A DNA stretch of 32,000 nt, taken from contig JAPZAR010000015.1 of the NCBI GenBank assembly GCA_027460535.1, forward strand, positions 38,245 through 70,244, written 5' to 3'. Position numbers and translations under genes: made by a program. Positions 1-8,724 of the stretch are shown one piece after another. Numbering within the stretch: position 1 is the first letter of the stretch; each line of letters begins with the position of its first letter. This DNA is from Candidatus Methanoperedens sp. Lineage in GTDB: Archaea; Halobacteriota; Methanosarcinia; Methanosarcinales; Methanoperedenaceae. The notes under the pieces were generated by a model. It made no database searches. It saw only the letters and a list, made by a program, of their open reading frames with translations, and was not told the DNA's origin.

Positions 1-1371
1 CGCGATTTCCTGGAAATCCACCTCTTCCATTTTAAACTCCATCTTACCAGCTTCGATCTTTGATAGGTCAAGTATTTCATTTATCATCAGCGTCTGTCGA
101 TCAATATTCCTTATTATGATCGAAAGCATCTCTTTCTGGACTGCCATATCTGTCACATCCTCTGATTCGAGGAACTCTGCAGACGTCCTTATTGCAGAAA
201 GGGGCGTCTTGAGTTCATGTGAGACAAGAGATATGAAATCCGATTTTAATGTATCCAGTTTTTTTAATTCTTCATTGGCAACAATGAGTTCTTTATTCTT
301 TTCTGCCAGGTCTTTGTCTGCAATTTCGATTTTTGCTTCCAGTCTTTTTCTTATGTCCAGCAGTTCTTTTGCGGTCTGGTTGAATATTTCTGTAAGCCTT
401 CCGATCTCATTTTTTGAAGAGACGGGGACTGGTTTGAAGTTCCCCTTCACAAGACCAAGGGCGCCTTCCTCCAGTGATTTTACGGGTTCTGTCAACCTCC
501 TTGAGATAACAACAGCCAAAAGGACTACACAAAGGACAGCAAGAAAGGAGATGGCAACGGTAAGCCTTCCCAGAACCAGGATTTCTGCATAAGCCTCATC
601 CTTGTTCTTCTCCACAATGAGCCCCCATCTGTAAAGCGGCAGCCAGTAATACGACCCGAGGACTTTCTCACCCTTATAGTTGACATATTCCCCTGCTCCG
701 TTCTTTTCATATGTCACTTCCCGGACCGCGAGATTATTGTTGATTTTTTCAAGCAGTATCATGGACCTGTTTTTGTGGAAGATAAGCTCCCCGTCTTTAT
801 TTACCATGAATATCTCGCCGAGCTTTCCGATATCAATGCCATCTATGATCCTGTACAGGTTCTCCATACTGACCCTTGCTCCCATTATTCCTGTCATCGT
901 GTCATTCTTCCTGATGGGGTTGGTTATCATTATTTCAGGAGAACCTGTGATGGCAGAAAAAGAAACATCCGAAATAAACATCTTTCCCCTGGCAGCTTCT
1001 GTGAAATAAGTTTTCATGCTTGCATTTCCCGTGTTGTTAAGCGTGGAGAATATGATATCGCCGTCAGGATTCATAATAAAAAACTCTTCGTATACACCTT
1101 CGTGCTCGCTTTCGAATGTATTCAGGTATTCATGAAGTTCTTCTTTTTTTGAATTCGCTGCTATCCGGGAGATAATACGGACATCATCCTTTCTTGCCTC
1201 CATCCAGTTATCTATCGCATGTCCCGCATTTTCAGTCGCACCCAGCAGGCTGTCTGTCACGGAAGCACTGATAGCGTCTTTGCCGTAATTATAGGATGTG
1301 TAAACAACGATGGACAGGGGGATTACTGAGATAAGCAGGAAAAATATTATCAGTTCGGACCGTATACCCAA
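1..1371 (-). CDS. Sensor histidine kinase, partial (C-terminus runs off the window start). Order is TM, Cache-like periplasmic domain, TM, HAMP, coiled coil, HisKA.
   Basis: My own minus-strand translation is open from a TTG at 1369-1371, directly after an in-frame TAG, to position 1. It gives LGIRSELIIFFLLISVIPLSIVVY (TM1), about 270 aa, LTVAISFLAVLCVVLLAVVI (TM2), a HAMP-like segment, then the H-box FISLVSHELKTPLSAI. The plus-strand track ORFs 116-592, 680-1009 and 775-1152 are antisense shadows of it. Confidence 0.85.
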   Translation of the reverse strand, partial: MGIRSELIIFFLLISVIPLSIVVYTSYNYGKDAISASVTDSLLGATENAGHAIDNWMEARKDDVRIISRIAANSKKEELHEYLNTFESEHEGVYEEFFIMNPDGDIIFSTLNNTGNASMKTYFTEAARGKMFISDVSFSAITGSPEIMITNPIRKNDTMTGIMGARVSMENLYRIIDGIDIGKLGEIFMVNKDGELIFHKNRSMILLEKINNNLAVREVTYEKNGAGEYVNYKGEKVLGSYYWLPLYRWGLIVEKNKDEAYAEILVLGRLTVAISFLAVLCVVLLAVVISRRLTEPVKSLEEGALGLVKGNFKPVPVSSKNEIGRLTEIFNQTAKELLDIRKRLEAKIEIADKDLAEKNKELIVANEELKKLDTLKSDFISLVSHELKTPLSAIRTSAEFLESEDVTDMAVQKEMLSIIIRNIDRQTLMINEILDLSKIEAGKMEFKMEEVDFQEIA

Positions 1372-1401
1372 GGTCTAACCCCTACGTACTCAATTACATA
1401 A

Positions 1402-1911
1402 TTATATTTTTGTTTTTCTAAGGATTCTTTTAATGCGGGCTTTCAGTTCGCTGAGATTGAACGGTTTTGTTACATAATCATCCGCCCCGATCTCGAAACC
1501 TTCCACTTTATCCCTTATTTCATCCCTGGCTGTCAGCATGATTATCGGTATCTTCTCCGTAACCTCATCTTTTTTTAACCTGCTGCATACCTCATATCCA
1601 TCCATTCCCGGCATCATAAGATCAAGAATTACCAGGTCCGGTATTTCATTCTTTGACTTTCTGATCGCCTCATGACCATCATAGGCTTCGAAAACATTAT
1701 AATCATCAGCTTCAAGGGACCTCTTGAGCGGTAATAGAGCATCCATCTCATCGTCCACTATCAGGATCTTTTGCCTTGTATCAGAAAAATGCCTTATCCT
1801 TCTTTCAACCTCTTCTTCCGGAACCCCCAGTTTTCGGGATATCTCTGAATAAGATATACTCTCGTCTCGTTTTATTAATTCAATGATTTTATTATCTATA
1901 TCGCTTTTCAT
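1402..1911 (-). CDS. Response regulator with an N-terminal HTH and a C-terminal CheY-like receiver domain
   Basis: The receiver motifs are present: ILIVDDE, the phospho-acceptor context DLVILDLMMPGMDG, and the conserved Lys in YVTKPF. The N-terminal 45 aa (IIELIKRDESISYSEISRKLGV) look like an Lrp/AsnC-type HTH. Confidence 0.9.
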   Translation of the reverse strand: MKSDIDNKIIELIKRDESISYSEISRKLGVPEEEVERRIRHFSDTRQKILIVDDEMDALLPLKRSLEADDYNVFEAYDGHEAIRKSKNEIPDLVILDLMMPGMDGYEVCSRLKKDEVTEKIPIIMLTARDEIRDKVEGFEIGADDYVTKPFNLSELKARIKRILRKTKI

Positions 1912-2213
1912 TGCTTATCACCGGCATTGTTAGTCATGTTTTTCAAATCAATATATACTTTAAGTAAATATTTTGTAAGCTCACTCTCCTGGTTCAACCT
2001 GAATATCCTGATCTGCTTGCCAAGCGATCTCTCTTTTATTATCTCCTGCTCCAGGAGCGGTTCGATAACCCTTGACACTGTGGAATGGGAAAGACCGGTC
2101 TCGTAAGCAATCCCTGATAGATATGTATCGTTATCTTTATTATTAAGAAGGAATTCCAGAACTGTCAGTTGAGCGGTCTTGCCAAAGATTTTTTCAAGAA
2201 ATGCAGTATGCAT
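1908..2213 (-). CDS. Winged-helix transcriptional regulator (ArsR/MarR-like)
   Basis: The 101-aa protein has an HTH pattern, LSGIAYETGLSHSTVSRVIEPL. Its stop overlaps the response regulator start by 4 bp (ATGA), which indicates one operon. Confidence 0.7.
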   Translation of the reverse strand: MHTAFLEKIFGKTAQLTVLEFLLNNKDNDTYLSGIAYETGLSHSTVSRVIEPLLEQEIIKERSLGKQIRIFRLNQESELTKYLLKVYIDLKNMTNNAGDKQ

Positions 2214-2564
2214 ATATGGTTAATTTTCTTCATTGGCTATATATCTTGTCTTTATTTAAGCAGTCCTGAATTTTAATGATTGAGGTCAAAATAATAATTA
2301 TTAAATCTTGTCGTTATTTATATAGACTCTAATTATATTTGTTAAATCTCGACCATAAATATTAAATACTATAATGTTTATTTACTAACTTGTCGATTAA
2401 TAGACCAATGAATGCAAAATTAGAATGGTGGTATGTGTGTTTGGCAGGTTGGGTGGTGGGGATATGGTGGTTTATGCCTTGAGCTCCTGTATCTCATTTG
2501 AAGATACAGGCTCGGGCATTAGTGGACAGGTAAATTAAATACCGAACCGAACCAAGAAATATAT

Positions 2565-3455
2565 ATGATTCTGCTCACCGGAGCGACCGGTTTTATAGGA
2601 GGGCATGTCCTGAAGGCACTGTCCGAAAGAAAAATCCCTGTCAGATGCCTTTCCCGAAAATCCTTACCCTCCGAAAATCCTGATATCAACTACGTATCAG
2701 GGGATGTTTTGAATTATGACTCGCTTCTTAGTGCAACAGCAAGTGTTGATACTGTTTACTACTTTATTCACATGATGGGTGAGCAAAAAGAGCAGAAAAA
2801 ATTCGACATACTGGACAGAATTGCCGTCACAAATATGGTCAAAGCGTGCAAGACCAATGGAGTCAAAAGGATAATCCATCTCACAGGCATGAGCAACCCC
2901 CGCGAGAAGCTCTCGCACCATCTTGCCAGCAGGAGAGAAGTGGAAGAGATCATCAAGGAGAGCGGCATCGATTATACGATCTTCAGGGCTTCGGTAATAA
3001 TTGGCAGGGGTGGCGCGGCCTTTGAAATCCTTGACACTGTTGTGAGAAAATTTCCCATAGTTCCCGTTTTCAACTGGGAAAATTCGAAAGTTCAGACCAT
3101 TTATATCGGGGATGTGATACGTTATCTGGTGGAATGCCTCGATAAAAAGGAGACCATTAACAGAAGCTTTGATATAGGCAGTTCCCAGGTTTTGACATAC
3201 AGAGAACTGATGCAGCAATATGCCAAAGAAATTGGACTGAAAAGGATATTTATAAGGATACCTGGTTCGTGGCACCGGGTTTCTTCAATGTTTCTCGGGA
3301 AGCTTGCACCGGTGAATCCGGATGTTGTTTACTGGTTGATAGAATCATTGCGTAACAATATGATATGTGAACCGAACGACCTTAAGAAAATTTTCGGTTT
3401 TGAGCCTATTTCATTTAAAGATAGCATAAAGAAAATAAGCGAATCTGGTCAATGA
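2565..3455 (+). CDS. NAD(P)H-binding SDR / NmrA-like family oxidoreductase
   Basis: It has an N-terminal Rossmann motif, LLTGATGFIGGHV, and a length of 296 aa typical of atypical SDR or epimerase-like proteins. Confidence 0.85.
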   Translation: MILLTGATGFIGGHVLKALSERKIPVRCLSRKSLPSENPDINYVSGDVLNYDSLLSATASVDTVYYFIHMMGEQKEQKKFDILDRIAVTNMVKACKTNGVKRIIHLTGMSNPREKLSHHLASRREVEEIIKESGIDYTIFRASVIIGRGGAAFEILDTVVRKFPIVPVFNWENSKVQTIYIGDVIRYLVECLDKKETINRSFDIGSSQVLTYRELMQQYAKEIGLKRIFIRIPGSWHRVSSMFLGKLAPVNPDVVYWLIESLRNNMICEPNDLKKIFGFEPISFKDSIKKISESGQ

Positions 3456-4204
3456 CTTCGAGATTTGATCGCATTGACAAGCTCTTCTATCTTCCCTTTG
3501 ACATCCCCGACCTGTTCAACAACCGTGCCCGTGCATATCATATCTGCGCCAGCCATTACCCTTTCTCTGGCTGTGGGCCCATCGCGGATCCCACCTCCAA
3601 CGATAACCTTTGTTGTTTTCCCCACTGCCTTTTTGACGGCAGCTACCATTTCAACAGGCACGGGCTTATCCGCGCCAGACCCGGCTTCCAGATATATATA
3701 GTGCATACCGAGATATTTTGCAGCAAGTGAATATGCAACAGCCAGCTTGGGTTTATTCCTTGGTATCAACCTCGCATCTCCAACCCAGCCCGCAGCTCCT
3801 CCGGGTTCTATCACGATATACGCCATGGATATCGGTTCAATACCGTGTTTATATATCAATGGAGCCCCGATCGCCTGATTCGTAGTAATATAATTGACAT
3901 CCCTGGAATTGAGAAGGCTCATAAAAAAAACCGCATCTGCGTTCTCGCTCAAACCCCCGGCATTTCCCGGGAACAGTATGACCGGAAGATCGCAGGCTAT
4001 TTTTATGGCTTTTACTGTTTGTTCAACTGTGCCCCCAGTTGCTCCGGTAGAGCCACCTACCATGATGGCGTCAGTGCCGCCGAGCGCTGCCTCCCGTGCA
4101 ATATTTCCTGCAACTTCAGGGGTCTGAGAATCGGGATCTATAAGAGTTAGGTGAACTGCGCCTTCTTTTTCTACTAACTGGTTGAGGCGTTCCTCTACTC
4201 CCAT
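3449..4204 (-). CDS. Geranylgeranylglyceryl phosphate synthase (PcrB/GGGPS family)
   Basis: The 251-aa TIM-barrel protein carries GGTDAIMVGGS and a C-terminal IVGGGIRD phosphate-binding motif typical of archaeal GGGPS. Confidence 0.9.
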   Translation of the reverse strand: MGVEERLNQLVEKEGAVHLTLIDPDSQTPEVAGNIAREAALGGTDAIMVGGSTGATGGTVEQTVKAIKIACDLPVILFPGNAGGLSENADAVFFMSLLNSRDVNYITTNQAIGAPLIYKHGIEPISMAYIVIEPGGAAGWVGDARLIPRNKPKLAVAYSLAAKYLGMHYIYLEAGSGADKPVPVEMVAAVKKAVGKTTKVIVGGGIRDGPTARERVMAGADMICTGTVVEQVGDVKGKIEELVNAIKSRSH

Positions 4205-4210
4205 TACAAA

Positions 4211-4366
4211 TTACGTTCCTTTGCCCTTTATTTCCTTGGATTTCGGTCTAAGACCTGTATATCCGCATTTTCTGCATCTGGTAGCACGTAATGAGTTGCG
4301 CGCATTGCATTTCATGCATATCTTCATGTGTAAGAGTACTTTTTCCGCTTCTGGGAATCTTGCCAT
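4211..4366 (-). CDS. rpl40e: 50S ribosomal protein L40e
   Basis: This gene is below the ORF-track length cut-off. My translation is [51 protein letters not shown] (51 aa, TAA stop). It has the C4 zinc-ribbon CxxC...CxxC of L40e, and GAGGT lies 6 nt upstream of the ATG. Confidence 0.85.
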   Translation of the reverse strand: MARFPEAEKVLLHMKICMKCNARNSLRATRCRKCGYTGLRPKSKEIKGKGT

Positions 4367-4420
4367 AATTTACCTCTGGTGGACTGCTAACTTATATGTC
4401 ATTGGATATTAACTCTTTGC

Positions 4421-4813
4421 TCAAAAGGTGCTTTTCTTCTTCTCCTCGACCTGCCGCACTATCTGCGGGTAATTGCCGAATACCGCTGCCAGGTCGATGG
4501 TGCACACAACATCCACGACGCCGATTGCGGCTATCGGTTTTCCGTCATTGTCCTTTAAGGGAGTGACAACTACAGGTATTCCTTTATAGGCTCCCCTGTC
4601 TGGAATGGTATGGATCACTGTATTCTTTACAAAAGCCTCTTCGAGTACAGGACCGGTGTAATCCATATCAGTCACTTTTCCTCTCTCAAGCCTTACCCCT
4701 TTTTTGTTCTTGCTTCTCATTGTGACAGGAAGAGAGAGCAATTCATGTACCATTTCTGCAAAAGGGAGGATTTCCTCACTCGAAGAATTTTCCGATATAC
4801 GCATTTCAGACAT
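4421..4813 (-). CDS. Conserved archaeal hypothetical protein (possibly a DUF2111-type family; the family name is from memory only)
   Basis: The reading frame is clean. I chose the ATG at 4813 because AAGGAG lies 7 nt upstream; the track start at 4831 is a GTG. I recognised no catalytic motif. Confidence 0.6.
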   Translation of the reverse strand: MSEMRISENSSSEEILPFAEMVHELLSLPVTMRSKNKKGVRLERGKVTDMDYTGPVLEEAFVKNTVIHTIPDRGAYKGIPVVVTPLKDNDGKPIAAIGVVDVVCTIDLAAVFGNYPQIVRQVEEKKKSTF

Positions 4814-4841
4814 ATTAACACTCCTTAACACTGTTTAACGT

Positions 4842-5444
4842 TCATTGGGTAATTATTTTTTCCCTTACTTCTCCCCCAGGTTCTAACTCCCCGAATATTT
4901 GACCTTCAAAAGAATAGACCTCTGCACCTTCAAGCCACGCATCAGGCATGAGTCCGGCCTTCATGCATGTCTGGCAGAGGAATTCAGTGCTATCAAAACC
5001 ATGCTCCACCGCCACCTGCGGAAGCAGGAGTCCCTGGCACCTGCCTGCTGCAACTATCAACCCGTCTCTTCCGATGACTATACTGTCAGGCATTTCTTTG
5101 GGTTTTGCTTTGATGCGCTTAGGCACAGTGAGTACAGTAATCTCAATGACCAGGTCTCCTATCTCCTCTGGTTTTACAGGATGAAAACGTGGATCCTCCC
5201 TGGCTGCATTAATGGCTGATACTATTATAGCTTCCCCGAGTGGCAATATCGGATATGGGCGGCCTATGCAGCCGCGGAGCTGTTTCGTATCATTTTTTTC
5301 ATTTAAGGTAACGAAGACACCGCGTTTTTCACGGAACACCGGGGGCAGGTCATCAGGTTTTATCTTTGTTCCATTCTTGAGACATTCTTCAATAGCACTG
5401 CGGGCAAGCCTTATTGCCAGCTCTCCCTCTGATTCTGTAAGCAT
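4842..5444 (-). CDS. AMMECR1 domain protein
   Basis: The conserved LRGCIGRP motif and the overall 200-aa AMMECR1 layout are present. I preferred the ATG at 5444 over the TTG at 5450. Confidence 0.9.
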   Translation of the reverse strand: MLTESEGELAIRLARSAIEECLKNGTKIKPDDLPPVFREKRGVFVTLNEKNDTKQLRGCIGRPYPILPLGEAIIVSAINAAREDPRFHPVKPEEIGDLVIEITVLTVPKRIKAKPKEMPDSIVIGRDGLIVAAGRCQGLLLPQVAVEHGFDSTEFLCQTCMKAGLMPDAWLEGAEVYSFEGQIFGELEPGGEVREKIITQ

Positions 5445-5579
5445 AATCAAGAATTATCCTGCAAGGATATATGTTTTTTTAGGGGATGAGGATTGAGAAT
5501 AAAATACCATCTTCTCAATCCGCAACCAATCAAGACTTTTTAGATATTTAGATTCGATGATAGCGGGGTGAAAGTAAAC

Positions 5580-7238
5580 CTACATCATCATTCCGGGAGG
5601 CATGCCTCCCATACCGCCGCATGGAGCGCCACCCTGGCCGCAACTTCCTGCCTCGCCGCCGCCCGTAGCCGCGAGAACATCATCGATCCTCAATATCATG
5701 ATCGCTGCTTCGGTCGCTGAATAAATGGCCTGTGTCTTCACCCGTAGAGGTTCGATAACGCCGTTCTCCCACATATTCTCCACTTTTCCGGTGTAAACAT
5801 TAAGACCTCCATCCTTGTTCCCATTTTCATGCTGGCTTCGAAGTTCAGCCATCATATCTATGGGGTCAAGTCCCGCATTCTCAGCAAGGGTTTTCGGGAT
5901 AACCTCAAGCGCTTCTGCGAACTTTGTCACTGCGAGCTGCTCCCTGCCTTTCAACGAAGATGCGTACTCCCTTAACCTCAGGGACAGTTCGGTCTCTGGA
6001 GAACCTGCACCTGCTACCAGTTTTTCATCTTCGATCGCAACACTTACTGCTCTCAAGGCATCCTCAAGAGCCCTCTCGGTGCTGTCCAATACATGCTCTG
6101 TCCCACCGCGGATGAGTATCGACACAGCCCTGGGATTGCTACATTCGGTAATGTAAAGGATCTTATCCTCGCCATTCCCCCTGATTTCTACAAGCCCGGC
6201 ACTTCCTATATCCGAGGTTTTAAAATCATCGACACTCGTGATGAGATTAGCACCAATTGCCCTGGCTATTTTTTCCATATCATTTTTCTCGACACGCTCA
6301 ACTGCAAGGATATTCGCCTTTGCCAGGAAATGTTGGGCGATGTCATCAATCCCCAGCTGGCAGAGCACTACATTAGCTCCTGCAGCTGCGATCCTGCCCA
6401 CGATGTCCTGGACGATCTTCTCCTCCTGGTCCAGGTAATTCTGGAGCTCGCCTGGTGTGGAAATCTTGATCTCGGCATCGAGTTCCATCTTGCTGAATTC
6501 AATAGGACGGGTAATAAGGGCGATTTTCGCATTTTTAACATTGTCTGGCATGTTACTGTGGGCCTTGTCCTTATCAAGAACAATCCCCTTGATTAACTCG
6601 CTATCATCCAGGCTTTTACCCCCCTTTTTCTCGATTTTTATATTGTCGATATCAATTAACTTCTTGCCATCCTCTTCTTCCACAATGGATCTTATCGCAG
6701 TCACGGCAATTCTTGCGAGTTTTTCCTTTGAACCCTCTGCGCCTTTTCCGGTCATGGCTGTTTTTGCGATGTTGAGAAGGGATTCCTCGTCGTCCTCTGT
6801 TATCGTATGTGTGATATCTTTCAGGATCTCAATCGCTTTTTCAGCCGCCATCCTGTAGCCGCTCCCGATGGTCGTAGGGTGGACATCCTGTTCCAGCAGC
6901 ATTTCGGCACGTTCGAGCAGTTCTCCGGTAAGCACTGCGCCGGTCGTTGTGCCATCGCCTACCTCATCGTCCATGGTCTTTGCCACTTCGACCAGCATTT
7001 TTGCAGCCGGGTGCTGGATATCCATCTCTCTCAGGATCGTCACACCGTCGTTCGTGATCGTGATATCCCCGCCGCCCACGAGCATCTTATCCATGCCTTT
7101 TGGTCCGAGCGTGGTTCTCACGGCAGCTGCTACCGCCTTCGCAGCCATGATATTATTGCTCCGGGCTTCTTTCCCCCGTGTTCTCTCCGTACCTTCTCTT
7201 AAAATTATGATGGGCTGTCCGCCAAGTTGTGTCGCCAT
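5580..7238 (-). CDS. ths: Thermosome subunit (group II chaperonin)
   Basis: It carries GPKGMDKML and VGDGTTT nucleotide-binding motifs and a C-terminal [12 protein letters not shown] tail. I chose the second ATG (7238) because GGAGG lies 9 nt upstream. Confidence 0.95.
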   Translation of the reverse strand: MATQLGGQPIIILREGTERTRGKEARSNNIMAAKAVAAAVRTTLGPKGMDKMLVGGGDITITNDGVTILREMDIQHPAAKMLVEVAKTMDDEVGDGTTTGAVLTGELLERAEMLLEQDVHPTTIGSGYRMAAEKAIEILKDITHTITEDDEESLLNIAKTAMTGKGAEGSKEKLARIAVTAIRSIVEEEDGKKLIDIDNIKIEKKGGKSLDDSELIKGIVLDKDKAHSNMPDNVKNAKIALITRPIEFSKMELDAEIKISTPGELQNYLDQEEKIVQDIVGRIAAAGANVVLCQLGIDDIAQHFLAKANILAVERVEKNDMEKIARAIGANLITSVDDFKTSDIGSAGLVEIRGNGEDKILYITECSNPRAVSILIRGGTEHVLDSTERALEDALRAVSVAIEDEKLVAGAGSPETELSLRLREYASSLKGREQLAVTKFAEALEVIPKTLAENAGLDPIDMMAELRSQHENGNKDGGLNVYTGKVENMWENGVIEPLRVKTQAIYSATEAAIMILRIDDVLAATGGGEAGSCGQGGAPCGGMGGMPPGMMM

Positions 7239-7287
7239 GAATATCATCCTCCAGATATTTGTTATTGCTATTTTTGTCTGCAGGCAA

Positions 7288-7297
7288 TTATATAAAA
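7288..7297 (-). promoter_or_regulatory. Candidate TATA box of the thermosome promoter
   Basis: The minus-strand sequence TTTTATATAA lies 50-59 nt upstream of the chosen ATG, which would leave a short SD-containing leader. Confidence 0.35.
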
Positions 7298-7393
7298 GTA
7301 AACCAATTATACAAATGCCATGCTCGATTGAGGCAAAACAATGTTTGAAGTTCTATATAAGAATTGCGTTGACAATGTACCCTTTGACAAATC

Positions 7394-8539
7394 TCATTTT
7401 AACACATTGCTGGCAGCCTCGACGCCAGGACCCATCTTCTTCACGATATTATTCTTGTGGAGCACTATCTCCACTGCCTGTACTGTGCTTAAAATATCGA
7501 GTTTGCTGATATTACCCATGCTTCCGATCCTGAAAATCTTGCCTTCAAGAGGTCCCTGACCGCCAGAAATTTGGATACCGAGCTCCTTTATCCCGCCACG
7601 AAGTTTCTTGTCATCGATGCCCGTGGGTATTTTCATGGCGGTGACCGTGTTTGAATATTTACTGGAATTATTCAACTGCGGGAACATCTCTACATCCATC
7701 GCATCGGCAGAGGCTCGCAACGCTTCTGCATACATGGCATGGCGCTTGATGCGAGCATCAAGCCCTTCTTCCTTTACGATCTTGAGTGCCTCGTGCAGTG
7801 CGAAGAAAAGCGGAACAGCCGGGGTATATGGCGTTTGCGCGGTCTCTTTGCCTGCTGATTTCTTATAGGCTTTCAAATCCATGTAATAAGGCGGCTTCTC
7901 CACCATGGAATCCCATGCCTTCTTGCTGACCGATATCGCTGATAATCCAGGAGGAGCGCCTATGCATTTCTGCGAGCCCACGACTGCGATATCCACGCCC
8001 CATTTATCCGCGAGTACTTCATCCCCGCCTATCGTGGTAACGCCGTCCATTATGAACAGAGCTCCATATTTCTTAGCAAGGTCCCCGACCTCTTTTGCCG
8101 GGTTCTTGATGCCCACTGAAGTGTCATTGTGCACAAGTGTAACTGCCTTAACCCCTTCGGCAAGCGCGCTCTCGACTTTATCCAGTTCTATGGATTCCCC
8201 TTTCGCCCAGTCGAATTTGACAGGCTTTACATTGCCGTATCTTTCTCCGATCTCCCTGAATCTTTCCCCGAATTTCCCGTTCTCGACGGTCACGAGCGTA
8301 TCCTTTTCGCCGATAACGTTCCCGACAGCTGCCTCCATGGCACAGCTGCCTGAGCCGCTTATAATATACATATCGTTCTTAGTTCCGAAGAGCTCCTGCA
8401 GGGTCGATCTGCATTCATTGTACATATCGCCGAACTCCTTGCCGCGGTGCCCGATTATGGGTTTTGACATTGCACGGAGTATTCGGGGTGCTACGGGCAC
8501 AGGACCTGGTATCATAAGTAAAGTATTTTCAAGATTCAT
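7394..8539 (-). CDS. Class V PLP-dependent aminotransferase (serine-pyruvate / alanine-glyoxylate / phosphoserine aminotransferase family)
   Basis: It has an N-terminal LMIPGPVPV motif and the PLP-lysine context [12 protein letters not shown], with a length of 381 aa. Confidence 0.9.
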   Translation of the reverse strand: MNLENTLLMIPGPVPVAPRILRAMSKPIIGHRGKEFGDMYNECRSTLQELFGTKNDMYIISGSGSCAMEAAVGNVIGEKDTLVTVENGKFGERFREIGERYGNVKPVKFDWAKGESIELDKVESALAEGVKAVTLVHNDTSVGIKNPAKEVGDLAKKYGALFIMDGVTTIGGDEVLADKWGVDIAVVGSQKCIGAPPGLSAISVSKKAWDSMVEKPPYYMDLKAYKKSAGKETAQTPYTPAVPLFFALHEALKIVKEEGLDARIKRHAMYAEALRASADAMDVEMFPQLNNSSKYSNTVTAMKIPTGIDDKKLRGGIKELGIQISGGQGPLEGKIFRIGSMGNISKLDILSTVQAVEIVLHKNNIVKKMGPGVEAASNVLK

Positions 8540-8724
8540 TAAGAGTCTCTCCTTTTATGCTCAATATTTTTTTGCATATACAACTAACTTGCATGTATAT
8601 CTTTTGCCGGAAAAAGGGGACATATCTCTCAATCAAACCTGGTCTTGTATGTTAATTATTATCATAATGAATTGTATGGGAAATGCTTTTAAGCAATGAT
8701 ACCATTAACAGTATCGGTGATTTG

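Noticed and set aside
2425-2538. A 37-codon ORF (MVVCVFGRLGGGDMVVYALSSC...) covering the G-rich tract and hairpin.
   Set aside because: It has no SD-like sequence, its composition is dictated by the G/T-rich tract, and it resembles no small protein I know. I kept the region only as a nucleic-acid-level observation.
3449-3455. Overlapping or abutting 3' ends of convergent gene pairs (3449-3455, 23234-23244, and abutting at 19576/19577) as a regulatory antisense arrangement.
   Set aside because: Short convergent overlaps are common in compact archaeal genomes, and nothing in the sequence suggests more than tight packing.
5491-5520. The hairpin GATTGAGAA/TTCTCAATC (5491-5499 / 5512-5520) downstream of the thermosome stop as its terminator.
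   Set aside because: On the transcribed minus strand it is followed by an A-run rather than the oligo-T tract expected for archaeal termination. The T7 run at 5474-5480 is on the plus strand, where no gene ends, so the element is too ambiguous to call as a feature.
7905-8699. Long ORFs antisense to confidently assigned genes. Examples are 7905-8699 (+), 15895-16587 (+), 18469-19260 (-), 6868-7509 (+), 9735-10229 (-), 8652-9104 (-), 2697-3275 (-) and 116-592 (+).
   Set aside because: Each lies opposite a gene with strong family motifs. Their translations are Ser/Pro/Leu/Arg-rich low-complexity strings without motifs, which is typical of shadow ORFs. None has a plausible ribosome-binding site.
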